A DNA stretch of 64,000 nucleotides from Myxococcota bacterium (lineage in GTDB: Bacteria; Myxococcota; XYA12-FULL-58-9; JABJBS01), in the NCBI GenBank assembly GCA_036339465.1, contig JAYZAY010000001.1:22707-86706 (forward strand), in the 5' to 3' direction. Below the pieces are notes generated by a model. The model saw only the letters and a list, made by a program, of their open reading frames with translations. It made no database searches and was not told the DNA's origin. Position 1 is the first letter of the stretch, and each line of letters begins with the position of its first letter. The translations under genes and the position numbers were made by a program. Shown here in pieces: positions 30,635-41,117 of this stretch.

Positions 30635-32563
30635 ATGAAAAGACTCTTATACAAACTGGTTTTACCACCAATAATCTGCCTGTTAGTCGCGACTTACGTC
30701 ATGACTGAAGATAGAAATACGCTTAAGGTGCGTCGAGACCTCAGAGCGGCTCAAAGCCAATCCTTGGGGAAAATTGTACGTGCATGGAACCAATTGACTC
30801 AAATTCAAATGGACCTTTTCACCAATCTGATAGAGTGGTCCGAAGCAAATCTTTATGTCAACTCACCAAGGCCACTACCTACCCAAATAATTCGAAAAAC
30901 TGAGCGACTTCAGGCTTCTATTATTGCTTTAGATGCCCACATTCACAAAGAGTCGTCCTCGGTCAGCCAAACAAGCCAATTTTCGCTATCACGATCCTTG
31001 GCCATCCTAGAGAGGCTCTCAGACACCAATTTGAGCATCCAACAACTTGCATCTTTAACCACCGAGGATGTTCCGCTTTTCATCAGCTTAGCCCAACGGT
31101 CCGTGGATCTAATGCGGCAACGTTTCCAAGAACAAGCTCTAGCGGAGCGACTGATTCTCGCAGAATTAACAAGAAATACACCCGAGCTTCACGCAATACC
31201 CATGGCAGACGTTGTGGCACTCGTTTTTGTTCTCACCGCTGCTCTTTGGATTCTCCTCGGCGCACTCAGCGTGAGCCGATTTATTCAGGAGCCCAATACC
31301 GGTGGCCTCTTTCATTCGCTTGAACAAGAAACTTTATTAAAGCGACTCAACCTACTTGAATCAGGCAATCTAGCTCTGGGGCGTCAAACTGAACGCCTTC
31401 AAACGACCCTTTCGGCGGAGGAGCAAAAGCTCCGAACCTTGGAAACTGACCTCGCACTGATCCAACTTTACAACGAAAACCTCGTCAACAGTATGCAATC
31501 TGGCTTGGTGGTTACCACAACCAATCTGGAAATCACGAACTACAATCGACGAGCCCAGGATATTCTATCCTTGAGTCGTGATTCCATTCGACAAAGCTTT
31601 AGGGACCAACCCCTCTGCACCACCATCCAAACAACCCGCCGAGATTTTGACCACCTTATATCTCAAGCCATTACAGCAGTTCGCTCCCAGCGATTTGAGG
31701 CAATCAGTTATACCGCCCTGGATCGGAACCTTGTTTTAGACATTCGAATGGTGCCCATCAAAGATGGTCGAGGCAGTTGCCAAGCACTCATGTGGATGCT
31801 CGATGATATTTCTGAGGCGACCGAAATGAAGAACCAGCTCTATCTCGCAGAGCATATGGCGGCCGTCGGCCGCGTTTCGGCACAAGTCGCCCATGAAATC
31901 CGCAACCCCCTCAGCGCCATAGGGCTCAATGCTGAGATGCTTGAGGAAGAATTCGCAACAGCCTTGCCTGAAACCCAGCAAAGCGAAGCACTCGCGCTCC
32001 TAAGAGCAATCGCCCGAGAAATTGAACGCTTGAACGAAATCACTGAAGATTATCTCCAGCTGGCTAGGCTACCCTCACCCAACCTCCAGCCCATAGCTCT
32101 TAACCCCTTGATCTCAGATTTACTTACGCTTCTACGCCCCGAATTCGACAATCGTGGAATTTCTCTACAACTGAATATGCAAGTTCCAAATCCCGTCGTG
32201 CTGGCCGATAGCGGCCAAATGCGACAGGCGCTCCTTAATATAATACGTAACGCCCAAGAGGCGATGGCCGACGGAGGACTTCTTCGGTTGGAAACGAGCC
32301 TCTCCGCTGAACACCTCATCATCACGATCGAGGATAATGGACCAGGTGTACCCACCGATGTTTCCCACCGAATCTACGAACCGTTTTTCACCACGAAGGC
32401 TACAGGCACCGGACTGGGTTTGTCGCTCACCCAACAGATCATCCGCGATCACCATGGAAGTTTAGAGCTGCTAAATGTTGCCCCCCAAGGTGCGAGGATG
32501 TGTGTCCTTCTTCCATATGCCGCGCAAGAAACGCGAGAGGATAACCTAGAAAGCCCCAATTAA
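30635..32563 (+). CDS. Membrane-bound PAS-domain sensor histidine kinase (NtrB-like)
   Basis: AHEIRNPL H-box, LLNIIRNA N-box, DNGPG, EPFFTTK, GTGLGL. Confidence 0.93.
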   Translation: MKRLLYKLVLPPIICLLVATYVMTEDRNTLKVRRDLRAAQSQSLGKIVRAWNQLTQIQMDLFTNLIEWSEANLYVNSPRPLPTQIIRKTERLQASIIALDAHIHKESSSVSQTSQFSLSRSLAILERLSDTNLSIQQLASLTTEDVPLFISLAQRSVDLMRQRFQEQALAERLILAELTRNTPELHAIPMADVVALVFVLTAALWILLGALSVSRFIQEPNTGGLFHSLEQETLLKRLNLLESGNLALGRQTERLQTTLSAEEQKLRTLETDLALIQLYNENLVNSMQSGLVVTTTNLEITNYNRRAQDILSLSRDSIRQSFRDQPLCTTIQTTRRDFDHLISQAITAVRSQRFEAISYTALDRNLVLDIRMVPIKDGRGSCQALMWMLDDISEATEMKNQLYLAEHMAAVGRVSAQVAHEIRNPLSAIGLNAEMLEEEFATALPETQQSEALALLRAIAREIERLNEITEDYLQLARLPSPNLQPIALNPLISDLLTLLRPEFDNRGISLQLNMQVPNPVVLADSGQMRQALLNIIRNAQEAMADGGLLRLETSLSAEHLIITIEDNGPGVPTDVSHRIYEPFFTTKATGTGLGLSLTQQIIRDHHGSLELLNVAPQGARMCVLLPYAAQETREDNLESPN

Positions 32564-32655
32564 TTCAATGCTTACCATTTCCTTTCCGCTACTCTTGGCC
32601 GGTTTTTCCTTTGAATTGCGCTTTGGGGCGAAAAGGCCGTAGGCAAGAATGTGAC

Positions 32656-32683
32656 TTGACACAAATCCTGGTAGGTTTAAAAT
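32656..32683 (+). promoter_or_regulatory. Sigma70-type promoter with no downstream CDS on its strand
   Basis: TTGACA (32656-32661), 16-nt spacer, TAAAAT (32678-32683). Confidence 0.65.
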
Positions 32684-32689
32684 CGCACT

Positions 32690-32793
32690 ACTGGGCCAAT
32701 CTTGGGTTCGGGAGTGGTGTGATAAGTAGGTGACTTCTTCGTAGTAGCCAACTCGGCATCTGTTTGTCGCACCACTCGCGAAGCTGAGATCGG
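32690..32793 (+). ncRNA. Candidate structured small RNA (34-bp stem); boundaries approximate
   Basis: 32699-32732 pairs with 32757-32790 without bulges: 25 Watson-Crick, 7 G.U and 2 G.G; directly follows the promoter. Confidence 0.6.
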
Positions 32794-32921
32794 ACTGCAC
32801 CTCGAATCAAAATCAGAAAAAATAACCTAGACAAGATGCTGCGGATAAAAAGCTGCTCACAAAGCTTTGATGGAACCTCTGTTCACAAGGTTTCAGCGTG
32901 TTGTTTACGGTAGCTGTGGTA

Positions 32922-34097
32922 TTAGTGAGCTGTGGCAACCTTGCGTCGCTCGTTGGTGGCTGGAGTTTTCCCTTCTTGGCGTTCCCGAATCACCTCATAG
33001 GTCATGGCAGCGACGCCAACAGAGGAGTAGGTCCCCACTATGACCCCGATAGCCAGCGCAATACTGAAATCACGAATAATACCTCCGCCCATAAGTAGAA
33101 GTGCAGCCACAACTAAAAGAGTGGTAACACTGGTCAGTAGCGTTCTAGACAGCGTTTGATTCACCGATGAGTTGACCAATTCCGTCGCCGGTCTACCTTT
33201 AAACCTTAATGCGTTTTCCCGAATACGGTCATAAACAACGATTGTATCATTCAGTGAATAACCCACAACGGTAAGTATTGCGGCAATGATTGGGAGGTTA
33301 AACTCTATTTGAAACAAGGCGAAAACCCCTATCGTAATCAAGACATCGTGGAGTAGGGCAATAATAGCTCCTGGAGCGAAGGCTAGGTCAAAACGGATTG
33401 CGACATAGATAAGGATAAATCCAAGTGCATAAATAATAGCTAAAACGCCCTGGTTTCTCAACTCTTCACCGACATGGGGACCAACGTATTCGGCACGCTG
33501 AATCATCGCTTGGCTTTCGGGGACTTCATAGCCTGCCCTAAGCGCTGATTCAATCAAACCCGCGACGGAAACAATTTCGACTTGGTACTCAGGCTTATCA
33601 TCCCGACCTCGTTTTAGGATGTTCTTAGTCTTCAGGTTTAAACCCGCAACCAGCGTCTCTAATTCGCCTTCCCCTACTGGCTTACCAAATTGCACGGTAA
33701 TCGACTCCCCACTTTCGGCCATCACCCAATTGAGGATCCCCTGGGCGCCTCCAGCGATCGCCTCCAACCCCGCCCGGACCTGGGCTTTTTTGGTTTCATC
33801 GAGGCTCCCCTGCTCCCTAATCATAATCAGCGCCTGCCTAGAATCACGACCACCAAATCGCTGAACGCGTACTTCCGATAACCCCAACGGGGCCAATAAA
33901 TCTTTGACCTCGTTTTCCTGAAAATCCTTCGGGAATTCGACCTGTAGCTCGTAGCCACCCGCGAAATCGATACCGAAATTCAGCCCAAATAGCCCCACAA
34001 ACAGCACAGATAAGAGGCAAGCAGTTGCAGACAGCTTCACAAAGACATCTCTTTTACCACTGAAATCGAAGTCAGCTTCACCTTGCATAATTTTCAT
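32922..34097 (-). CDS. secF: Protein translocase subunit SecF
   Basis: GLNFGIDFAGG, VGPHVGEEL, HDV, GYSLNDTIVVYDRIRE, QTLSRT, GTYSS. Confidence 0.97.
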   Translation of the reverse strand: MKIMQGEADFDFSGKRDVFVKLSATACLLSVLFVGLFGLNFGIDFAGGYELQVEFPKDFQENEVKDLLAPLGLSEVRVQRFGGRDSRQALIMIREQGSLDETKKAQVRAGLEAIAGGAQGILNWVMAESGESITVQFGKPVGEGELETLVAGLNLKTKNILKRGRDDKPEYQVEIVSVAGLIESALRAGYEVPESQAMIQRAEYVGPHVGEELRNQGVLAIIYALGFILIYVAIRFDLAFAPGAIIALLHDVLITIGVFALFQIEFNLPIIAAILTVVGYSLNDTIVVYDRIRENALRFKGRPATELVNSSVNQTLSRTLLTSVTTLLVVAALLLMGGGIIRDFSIALAIGVIVGTYSSVGVAAMTYEVIRERQEGKTPATNERRKVATAH

Positions 34098-34105
34098 GTC
34101 AGACC

Positions 34106-35881
34106 TCAGATGCTTAGAGTTTTAAACCGCGCACGGGATGTGGAAATATCAAAAACCAACCGAGTGACGACAATGGCGGTAAACATCGAGCAGACAATAC
34201 CCACCATCAATGTCACCGCAAAACCTCGTACAGGTCCAGAACCATACTGATAGAGCACCACACAAGCTAAAAGCGTGGTAATATTCGCATCGAGAATCGT
34301 TCCGAATGCTTTTGAATAGCCCCCATCAACCGCAGCTCTCGCCGATTTACCAATGCGTAATTCCTCTCTAATCCGTTCGAAAATAATCACATTCGCATCG
34401 ACCGCCATACCAATGGTTAGAACGATTCCTGCCATTCCGGGTAGGGTTAACGTTGCCTCAAAGAGAGATAAAACCGCCAAAACCAAGAGAATATTCAAAA
34501 CAAGCGCGAAGTCTGCGATGAAACCGCTGAGCTTGTAGTAAATTAGCATAAATATCAGAACAAGAATCGCCCCAAGGGCAATGGCATAGGCGCCCCCCCG
34601 AACAGATTGCTCGCCCAATGTTTGGCCCACTTGCCGCTTTTCTCGAATCTCCACCGGTGCCGGTAAGGCGCCCGCCTTGAGGACCAAGGCTAGGTCAGTC
34701 GCTTCCTCAAACTTCTTGCGGCCATCACCGTAACCACCAAGAGTGACCCTCGCACTACCGCCGGGTATCTTCCCTTCAATTTGCGGCGCACTACTCACCA
34801 CATCATCAAGTACAATCGCCATCTTATCACGGGCATGTTTTTCGGTAAGATCAGCAAAAACCTTCGCACCCTTTTGGTCAAATTGCATCGAGACATAATA
34901 GTCGGTTGGAATATCGGGATTTCGATCCACAAACGCGTCCGTTAGATAATCCCCGGTGATACCGGCTTTACGATACAAGACGTATGTTCTCAATTTCGCA
35001 CCCGGCTCAGCACTACCATCACTAAAAGCCAACTGACGATCCGCTGCAAGGAGCGGCTTTAGAACCGCCCGAACTGCCGCCTTGTCTTTGGGTGCCAATT
35101 CAAAGTAAAAATCCTCTTGAATCGAGCCACCTTTTCCATCGAAACGAGCCGATTGCCGTGTCGTGCCTTCCGGCAAGGTCGAAAGTTCGATAGTTTCAAA
35201 CACTTTTGTGGCTGCAGGATCAACAATCTTAAATGCCAATTGCGCGGTTTTACCGATCATATCGATGGCTCGCTGCGGATCCTTAACACCCGGAAGTTGA
35301 ATGACAATACCGCTCTTGCCGCGTTTCGCAATTGTGGGCTCGGTGACCCCAAATTTATCCGCGCGATTCCTCAGGGTTTTAATGGTCTGGTCCAGGGCCA
35401 TCGTCTCTACTCTGGCTTGTTCCTCAGGCGTCAGTTCGAGAAAAATTGCGTCATCGCTGCGCCCTACAATGGTCAGAACGCTGTAATCTGACCGAATAAA
35501 CGTCTCAAAAGCAGAAACATTATCTTTCGCTAGGTTTGCGGTAATGCGCTTCGAGCCTTCGTCTCGCACCGCGGTTGCCGACTTCCACTTCTTTTCCTCT
35601 AGATTCGACTGAAGACCGTCGGCCAATCGGTCGAGGCGTTGCTCAAGCGCTTTTTCAACGCCGACGCCAAGGACCAAGTGAACGCCTCCCTGCAAATCAA
35701 GCCCCAGGTTGATCTTGGCGCAATTGAACCACCCCGGAAGTGCTTCACAAAACTTCTCATGGGTGGCCTTCTCTGCCTCTGTGGCCGAACCAAAAAAATA
35801 TATCGAAGGATATAACAAATAAATTGAGCACCCAATAACAGATGCGACAACCAGTAATCGCGAACGAATACCCCGTTCCAT
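34106..35881 (-). CDS. secD: Protein translocase subunit SecD
   Basis: LGLDLQGG, GVTEP, LKAGALPAP, TLTLPG, GMAVDANVIIFERIREE, DANITT. Confidence 0.97.
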   Translation of the reverse strand: MERGIRSRLLVVASVIGCSIYLLYPSIYFFGSATEAEKATHEKFCEALPGWFNCAKINLGLDLQGGVHLVLGVGVEKALEQRLDRLADGLQSNLEEKKWKSATAVRDEGSKRITANLAKDNVSAFETFIRSDYSVLTIVGRSDDAIFLELTPEEQARVETMALDQTIKTLRNRADKFGVTEPTIAKRGKSGIVIQLPGVKDPQRAIDMIGKTAQLAFKIVDPAATKVFETIELSTLPEGTTRQSARFDGKGGSIQEDFYFELAPKDKAAVRAVLKPLLAADRQLAFSDGSAEPGAKLRTYVLYRKAGITGDYLTDAFVDRNPDIPTDYYVSMQFDQKGAKVFADLTEKHARDKMAIVLDDVVSSAPQIEGKIPGGSARVTLGGYGDGRKKFEEATDLALVLKAGALPAPVEIREKRQVGQTLGEQSVRGGAYAIALGAILVLIFMLIYYKLSGFIADFALVLNILLVLAVLSLFEATLTLPGMAGIVLTIGMAVDANVIIFERIREELRIGKSARAAVDGGYSKAFGTILDANITTLLACVVLYQYGSGPVRGFAVTLMVGIVCSMFTAIVVTRLVFDISTSRARFKTLSI

Positions 35882-35896
35882 GCGCTAGCTCCAATT

Positions 35897-36244
35897 TTAT
35901 GCTGTTTTCTTAACTGTTTCCGGATTCCATCGGCCCGAGATCCGGTCCTTCAGAATCTTGATTTTCACGCGGTCAGACACTTCCAATGTCGCCACGTTCT
36001 GCTCAAGTTGCACTACCTTACCCCATATTCCACCCGTCGTCACAATTTCATCGCCCTTCTTAAGAGCCTGAAGAAGCTGCTGATGCGCTTTCCGCCTTTT
36101 CGAATCCGGACGGATGATTAAGAAGTACATAATCCCAACAATAAGGATAACAGGAACCGCCTGCATGAAGCCCATTGCCGGTGGAGCTTGCTCGACCTGT
36201 TGAAGCAGGAGCGTTGGTACAAAAGTGAGGTATGGTGTAAACAT
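35897..36244 (-). CDS. yajC: Preprotein translocase subunit YajC
   Basis: MYFLIIRP, LKKGDEIVTTGGIWG; upstream of secD. Confidence 0.95.
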   Translation of the reverse strand: MFTPYLTFVPTLLLQQVEQAPPAMGFMQAVPVILIVGIMYFLIIRPDSKRRKAHQQLLQALKKGDEIVTTGGIWGKVVQLEQNVATLEVSDRVKIKILKDRISGRWNPETVKKTA

Positions 36245-36378
36245 AATCGTGCCCGTTCAATCTAAGTCCCGAGAGACTTTTAAATTACCGCCGGTGGGCC
36301 TAACATACGCCCCCAACGAAAGCAATGCTATTGGATTCATCAATCAAAATGAACGCTTAGCTCTCAAGGAAATCCGCT

Positions 36379-37440
36379 TTATAATAGAAGCATCGCGTCG
36401 CCGTAGGAAAAGAACCTATACTTTTCTAGAATCGCTCTTTGATAGAGTTCTTGAATTCGTTGTCGTCCCATAAATGCTGAGACCAACATAAGTAGGGTGG
36501 ACCGCGGTAAATGGAAATTGGTAATCATTCCGTCCACTGACTGGAACCGATAGCCAGGATAGATGAAGAGTCGGGATTCACCTTCTGCTTCACCACTGCT
36601 CTGCCAAGATTCGATGGCCCTAACTGCAGTGGTCCCAACTCCAATGATTCGACCACCCTCCCGTTTTGTTTCCTCGATCGCTTTAATGGTAGCCTGTGGA
36701 ACCTCATAATACTCCGAATGCATGCTGTGCCCGCGGATGTCCTTATCTAATTCCTTCGGTACTGGTAGGAATGTACCAAGACCGACATGGAGTATAACCG
36801 GCGAAAATCGTACACCTTTTTGCTTAATCTCCTCGATCAGTGAATTCGTAAAATGCAGAGACGCCGTCGGAGCCGCAACGGAGCCCAGCTCTTTGGCAAA
36901 AACGGGTTGATAACGCTCTCTATCAAGAGCGTCGTTCGCCTCATCATGTCGAATAATGTAGGGTGGCAAGGGCCTACGGCCGACCTCCTGCATCACCGTG
37001 ATTAAAGGAATAGATGAAGCCACGGTGATCGTACGACCTTCCTTTGCTCGAACCTCTAATTCATATCTCCCGACTTTGATGATACGCCCAGGACGGAGGG
37101 ATTTACCCGGCCGACCAATGGCTTGCCACACCATGGCCTCAAGGAGCGCTGCGTCTACGGGCTTAACAAATACGAGCTCAATTTTGCCACCGTGGAGAGT
37201 CTCACCAAAAACCCGAGCAGGTAATACCCTGCTCTCATTGCGTACGAGCAAATCGCCCGGCTTAAGAAACTCTGATAGGTCGCTAAAATGTGCGCCAACA
37301 ATGCCCGAGGAGTCATCACGATTCGCGACTAAGAGTCGACTTCCATCACGATTGGCCAATGGCGCCTGAGCAATTAAGTCAGAAGGGAGTTCGTAGTCGA
37401 ACCACTCAAGTGGAATAGCGCTTTCCCTCGTATTATTCAC
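36379..37440 (-). CDS. queA: SAM:tRNA ribosyltransferase-isomerase QueA
   Basis: FDYELPSDLIAQ, PLPPYI, GSVAAPTASLHF, LHVGLGTF, TNFHLPRSTL, YRFFSYGDAM. Confidence 0.97.
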   Translation of the reverse strand: MNNTRESAIPLEWFDYELPSDLIAQAPLANRDGSRLLVANRDDSSGIVGAHFSDLSEFLKPGDLLVRNESRVLPARVFGETLHGGKIELVFVKPVDAALLEAMVWQAIGRPGKSLRPGRIIKVGRYELEVRAKEGRTITVASSIPLITVMQEVGRRPLPPYIIRHDEANDALDRERYQPVFAKELGSVAAPTASLHFTNSLIEEIKQKGVRFSPVILHVGLGTFLPVPKELDKDIRGHSMHSEYYEVPQATIKAIEETKREGGRIIGVGTTAVRAIESWQSSGEAEGESRLFIYPGYRFQSVDGMITNFHLPRSTLLMLVSAFMGRQRIQELYQRAILEKYRFFSYGDAMLLL

Positions 37441-37481
37441 GTAAGCCTCTTACGAGAGCTACCAACCCCTGGCAATAGGTG

Positions 37482-38834
37482 CTACCGAAAAGTTCGGTCC
37501 CAAAGAAAAATAGTCTTTCCTGCAACCACATTGACTGTATAGGCCTTCGAAATCACGGGTTGATTGCTTGAATCAAGAAAGTCAATTTCCAAAACATGCT
37601 CGCCCGGTGGCAAAAAGACCCGTCCAACGTCTATTCTGCTCGGCAACGTGATCCAACTGCGTTTATCGGCTTCCTCAGCGAGAGCACTGCCCCAGTTCAT
37701 CAGTATGCCCGCAGCCTCTAATAAATTCCCACCTCCAGAATCGCTTTGTTTCCCTAGGGCTTGGACCCCCTTACTCGCGACATATTTCCCAATGGCTCTA
37801 GCAATGGCTTTTGCCTTAATTCGACCCATATGGTCCTGCAAATTCTGAATGGCAATCGCAGTTATATTCTCGAACAACTCGGTTTCAGCACTTCTGGCTC
37901 CCCCTTGCCAGTTCAATCTGGCTTTCCAAATGGTCGGTCGTTTCTCTACGAACCGCGGGTACGCAACCCTTATAATGTCTCCCCCAGATTGCGCCGTCCA
38001 AAACTGATCGATCTTGTAGGGAGCTTCTCCATTGAGATGCAAAAAAATAATTTCCCCAAGGCCCCGGTGCTGGTCTGGATCCTGCTTGCTAAGGTATGGG
38101 TACTCCGCGCGTAATGCGTTTCTTTCCTCCGAAAAATCGTCCCCAAGTTTGGTCAAGGCCATAAACGCATCTTCCACAACAAGCCTAGGAAGCACGGTTT
38201 TATAGCGGGCGGCATAGTCTTCTTCAAAAAGCTTTAGAGATTTTCGGTAGTCTATCCAAGCATCATTGTATCCCGCATAAGTGCCCTCCGTAGAAGCCAA
38301 CTTACCAGATAGCCACCGGGCGAAAGCGTCGTCCCTATACGCATTCTTGCTCTCTTCTGAATATTGCACATTAATGGCCTCGAGCTTATTGGTCACCTGC
38401 CTCGCTTCCACTCGAGCGGCGCTCAGATCTCCGAGACCCATGTAATTCAATGACGCTATCAAGTGAATAAGCACCCGCTCAAAATCTTCCCCAGGATAAG
38501 ACAATGCGTTGTCTGTTGTGAACAATGCCCCCGCGTGCTCGCTAACACTTTCGGTCCACAGCTCTTCGGATGCCGTTTTCGCAGCCTCAAGCCACGTATT
38601 GGACTCAACGAATTTTTGGTCTAAATGAAGAACCACCGCTTTATCGAGAAAATAAAGAAGTCGATTCTTCTCCGAGCTATAAAAATCCTTTTTCGACTTA
38701 TCTAGAAACTCATTGGCCGATGAAAAGTCGCCAGCCACCAACATGGGACGATATTGCTGGTAATGGCGCTGCATATTCAAGCCACACCCCAACATCGGAA
38801 TGATAAGCGCGAAATATACGAGGTATTTTTTCAT
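37482..38834 (-). CDS. COG3014-family lipoprotein
   Basis: MLGC lipobox; YPGEDFER, ARVEAR, EEADKRSWITLP. Confidence 0.8.
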   Translation of the reverse strand: MKKYLVYFALIIPMLGCGLNMQRHYQQYRPMLVAGDFSSANEFLDKSKKDFYSSEKNRLLYFLDKAVVLHLDQKFVESNTWLEAAKTASEELWTESVSEHAGALFTTDNALSYPGEDFERVLIHLIASLNYMGLGDLSAARVEARQVTNKLEAINVQYSEESKNAYRDDAFARWLSGKLASTEGTYAGYNDAWIDYRKSLKLFEEDYAARYKTVLPRLVVEDAFMALTKLGDDFSEERNALRAEYPYLSKQDPDQHRGLGEIIFLHLNGEAPYKIDQFWTAQSGGDIIRVAYPRFVEKRPTIWKARLNWQGGARSAETELFENITAIAIQNLQDHMGRIKAKAIARAIGKYVASKGVQALGKQSDSGGGNLLEAAGILMNWGSALAEEADKRSWITLPSRIDVGRVFLPPGEHVLEIDFLDSSNQPVISKAYTVNVVAGKTIFLWDRTFR

Positions 38835-38845
38835 GGTAAAATGCG

Positions 38846-39472
38846 CTACCAGCTAACGGATCCCTGAGAAATTAACTTTTTAATTTCATGATCACCAATC
38901 CAGGCTTTTTCACCACTGGTTGAATTGAGAAGTTCAAAGTTAACTTTATAAAACTTCGCTTTCTTACCTTGGACTTGATCTAAGATCGAGGTCACCCGTA
39001 CAGCAACAACATAATTAGCACCCGTTTCATTGCCAATACTCACATCGGAATCGTCAGAAAGCCGGCCCGATGCTGCTCTGTCTTGTTCACTTTCGACCGC
39101 TCCCAATTCCGCCCCTGCCTGAGCGAGCACGCGAACCTTGCCACTATTGATCATGGCTTTTTCGATATTCTTAATGAATACTTGTGAATCGATGTGCTCA
39201 TCTGTCTTGTTAACAACCGAACGAACCCGAACCGCGGGCCTTTTCCCATAGGACTCCACAAACTGAATCAGCCACGGTGAATCGAAGCAATCAGAGATAA
39301 GGGCCTTCGAAACCAACTTTGCGTCGGTATCATTCCATTTACCCGATAAATCGGTCTGGGTATCCGCCGCCACCCTGGCCACTTGAATGCCCCGTGGAGC
39401 ACAGCCTGTAACCACAAGTGACAGTGCCGCCACCGCCATAAATTTCGTTCCTGTCTGATTCAAAGAATTCAC
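38846..39472 (-). CDS. LpoB-like (penicillin-binding protein activator family) lipoprotein
   Basis: VTGC lipobox; DLSGKWNDTD, NKTDEHID, EKAWIG..EIKK. Confidence 0.82.
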   Translation of the reverse strand: MNSLNQTGTKFMAVAALSLVVTGCAPRGIQVARVAADTQTDLSGKWNDTDAKLVSKALISDCFDSPWLIQFVESYGKRPAVRVRSVVNKTDEHIDSQVFIKNIEKAMINSGKVRVLAQAGAELGAVESEQDRAASGRLSDDSDVSIGNETGANYVVAVRVTSILDQVQGKKAKFYKVNFELLNSTSGEKAWIGDHEIKKLISQGSVSW

Positions 39473-39507
39473 TTTTTCTCCTTATGGTTCGCTTTCGAGA
39501 TAGACGG

Positions 39508-40470
39508 TTATCGCTTAACCTTCCCTCGCATTTCGAGCATTAAGTCTTCCATATCTTTCATCTGGGTTTTTCTTAAATCCGCAAACGAAAATGGGCGTGG
39601 TTGCGTTAACACCTTCCCTGGCACTTGGCTAGATTGCGAACGCATTTTAGTGCCTCGGCTTCGGTCAACCACTGGATGAATGCCCCTCTGCTTGCGCGCT
39701 TCCACCCTTTTCTGGGCAAGAGTTTTTGGGATGACTGGTAATCCCTTGGCGCTTGTTCTCAACCAATTCAGAACCACAGTTGAACGTAAGGAGAAGTTAA
39801 CATCGGTGATTGCCATTCCGTCGCTGGCTTGCCGCGCCACCGCAGTATTAATCCCTACAACGCGACCATTGGAATCGATTAAGGGTCCCCCAGAGTTACC
39901 CCGGTTCAGAGACGTCTCCGTCTGCAGCACATTTTTTCCCTTGACGCCCCCAAAATGGGCAACAAAGCTCGAAACAGCACCCGTCGTGAGTGTCCAAAGA
40001 CCGGCCTGTTCGGGATGTCCAATTGCGACAACAGAGTCACCAATATCCACGGCTGTTGGATCTGCAAATGTAGCGGCTTCCAACCCCGTCGGAGGTCTTA
40101 CAATCTTCAGCAACGCTAAGTCCAATTGGCTTGGAGGACTGTAGGCGACAATTTTCATAGAGTACCGTGCCCCTAAATCTTTCGAGTTATCGCCCGTAAG
40201 GGTAGGTGGTTTAAGGAAGGCAAAAATCTTTTCGAACCCTTCCCCCTCACCATTCAACACAACATGCGCATTGGTGACCACATATCCTTCTTTCTGCATG
40301 ATGATTCCGGTTCCGCCACTACCCGCACCCTCGCCATCTGCCCCCAGTATCAGCACCACGGAAGGTGCGACTTTCTTATAGATCTCTTTAGGAGAGAGTG
40401 TTTGAGCCAAAGAAACGGAGGCCGCCATCGACACAAAACAAAACACGACAACAGAAAGTTTTAACTTCAT
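39508..40470 (-). CDS. Secreted trypsin-like (S1C) serine protease without a PDZ domain
   Basis: Signal peptide; triad motifs TNAHV, DLALL, GNSGGPL. Confidence 0.9.
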   Translation of the reverse strand: MKLKLSVVVFCFVSMAASVSLAQTLSPKEIYKKVAPSVVLILGADGEGAGSGGTGIIMQKEGYVVTNAHVVLNGEGEGFEKIFAFLKPPTLTGDNSKDLGARYSMKIVAYSPPSQLDLALLKIVRPPTGLEAATFADPTAVDIGDSVVAIGHPEQAGLWTLTTGAVSSFVAHFGGVKGKNVLQTETSLNRGNSGGPLIDSNGRVVGINTAVARQASDGMAITDVNFSLRSTVVLNWLRTSAKGLPVIPKTLAQKRVEARKQRGIHPVVDRSRGTKMRSQSSQVPGKVLTQPRPFSFADLRKTQMKDMEDLMLEMRGKVKR

Positions 40471-40544
40471 TGACGCACCACCAAAAAAGCCCCGCAACGC
40501 GTCACGCATTCCGGGGCTGCTTTCGAAATTCAATCATTTTAGGT

Positions 40545-41117
40545 TTATTCGCGCTTTGCTTCTTCTCTTTCGAGATCCAGATGCACACGCTCCGCATTCT
40601 TTTTAACATAGTCTCTTACTTCCGCATTCAAAGACTTCATTTTTTCAAGATTCCCCTTGAAGTTCTCAAGATCCAGCTTTGCCAACGAAAAAACGGTCCC
40701 ATCAGGATGAAAGAAATGGTCCACGACCTGCACCCCTGACAAGGTCTGCGCAGAGAAAGTTTTGACAACATTTTCAATGTGTTGCTCTTCATTCGATTCC
40801 CCACCTGTCGTGGTCGCTGACATATAATCCTTCATAAGCGAGGCACTGTAGGTTTCAAAAACCCTTGCGATATCCGCTCTCGCTCGGTTATCAGCGGTGA
40901 GTCTAGCCAGGGAAAAATCCTTCACCCCCGAAACGGAACCGACACCATAAAAGACCCTTCCGGAATCACCCCCAAAAGCGCCACCCCCCTTAAGAACCCA
41001 ATCGGGATAATTAATCCCTTCAAAGCTCTTTGGGGCGTCACCTGCCTGCTTGCTACTGCCGCAAGCAGCCATTAGAAACGCCAACACGATTCCCACCCCT
41101 AAATGTCTGCTCTTCAT
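40545..41117 (-). CDS. LPP20-family lipoprotein
   Basis: MAAC lipobox; PDWV, FYGVGS, ADNRARADIA. Confidence 0.82.
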   Translation of the reverse strand: MKSRHLGVGIVLAFLMAACGSSKQAGDAPKSFEGINYPDWVLKGGGAFGGDSGRVFYGVGSVSGVKDFSLARLTADNRARADIARVFETYSASLMKDYMSATTTGGESNEEQHIENVVKTFSAQTLSGVQVVDHFFHPDGTVFSLAKLDLENFKGNLEKMKSLNAEVRDYVKKNAERVHLDLEREEAKRE

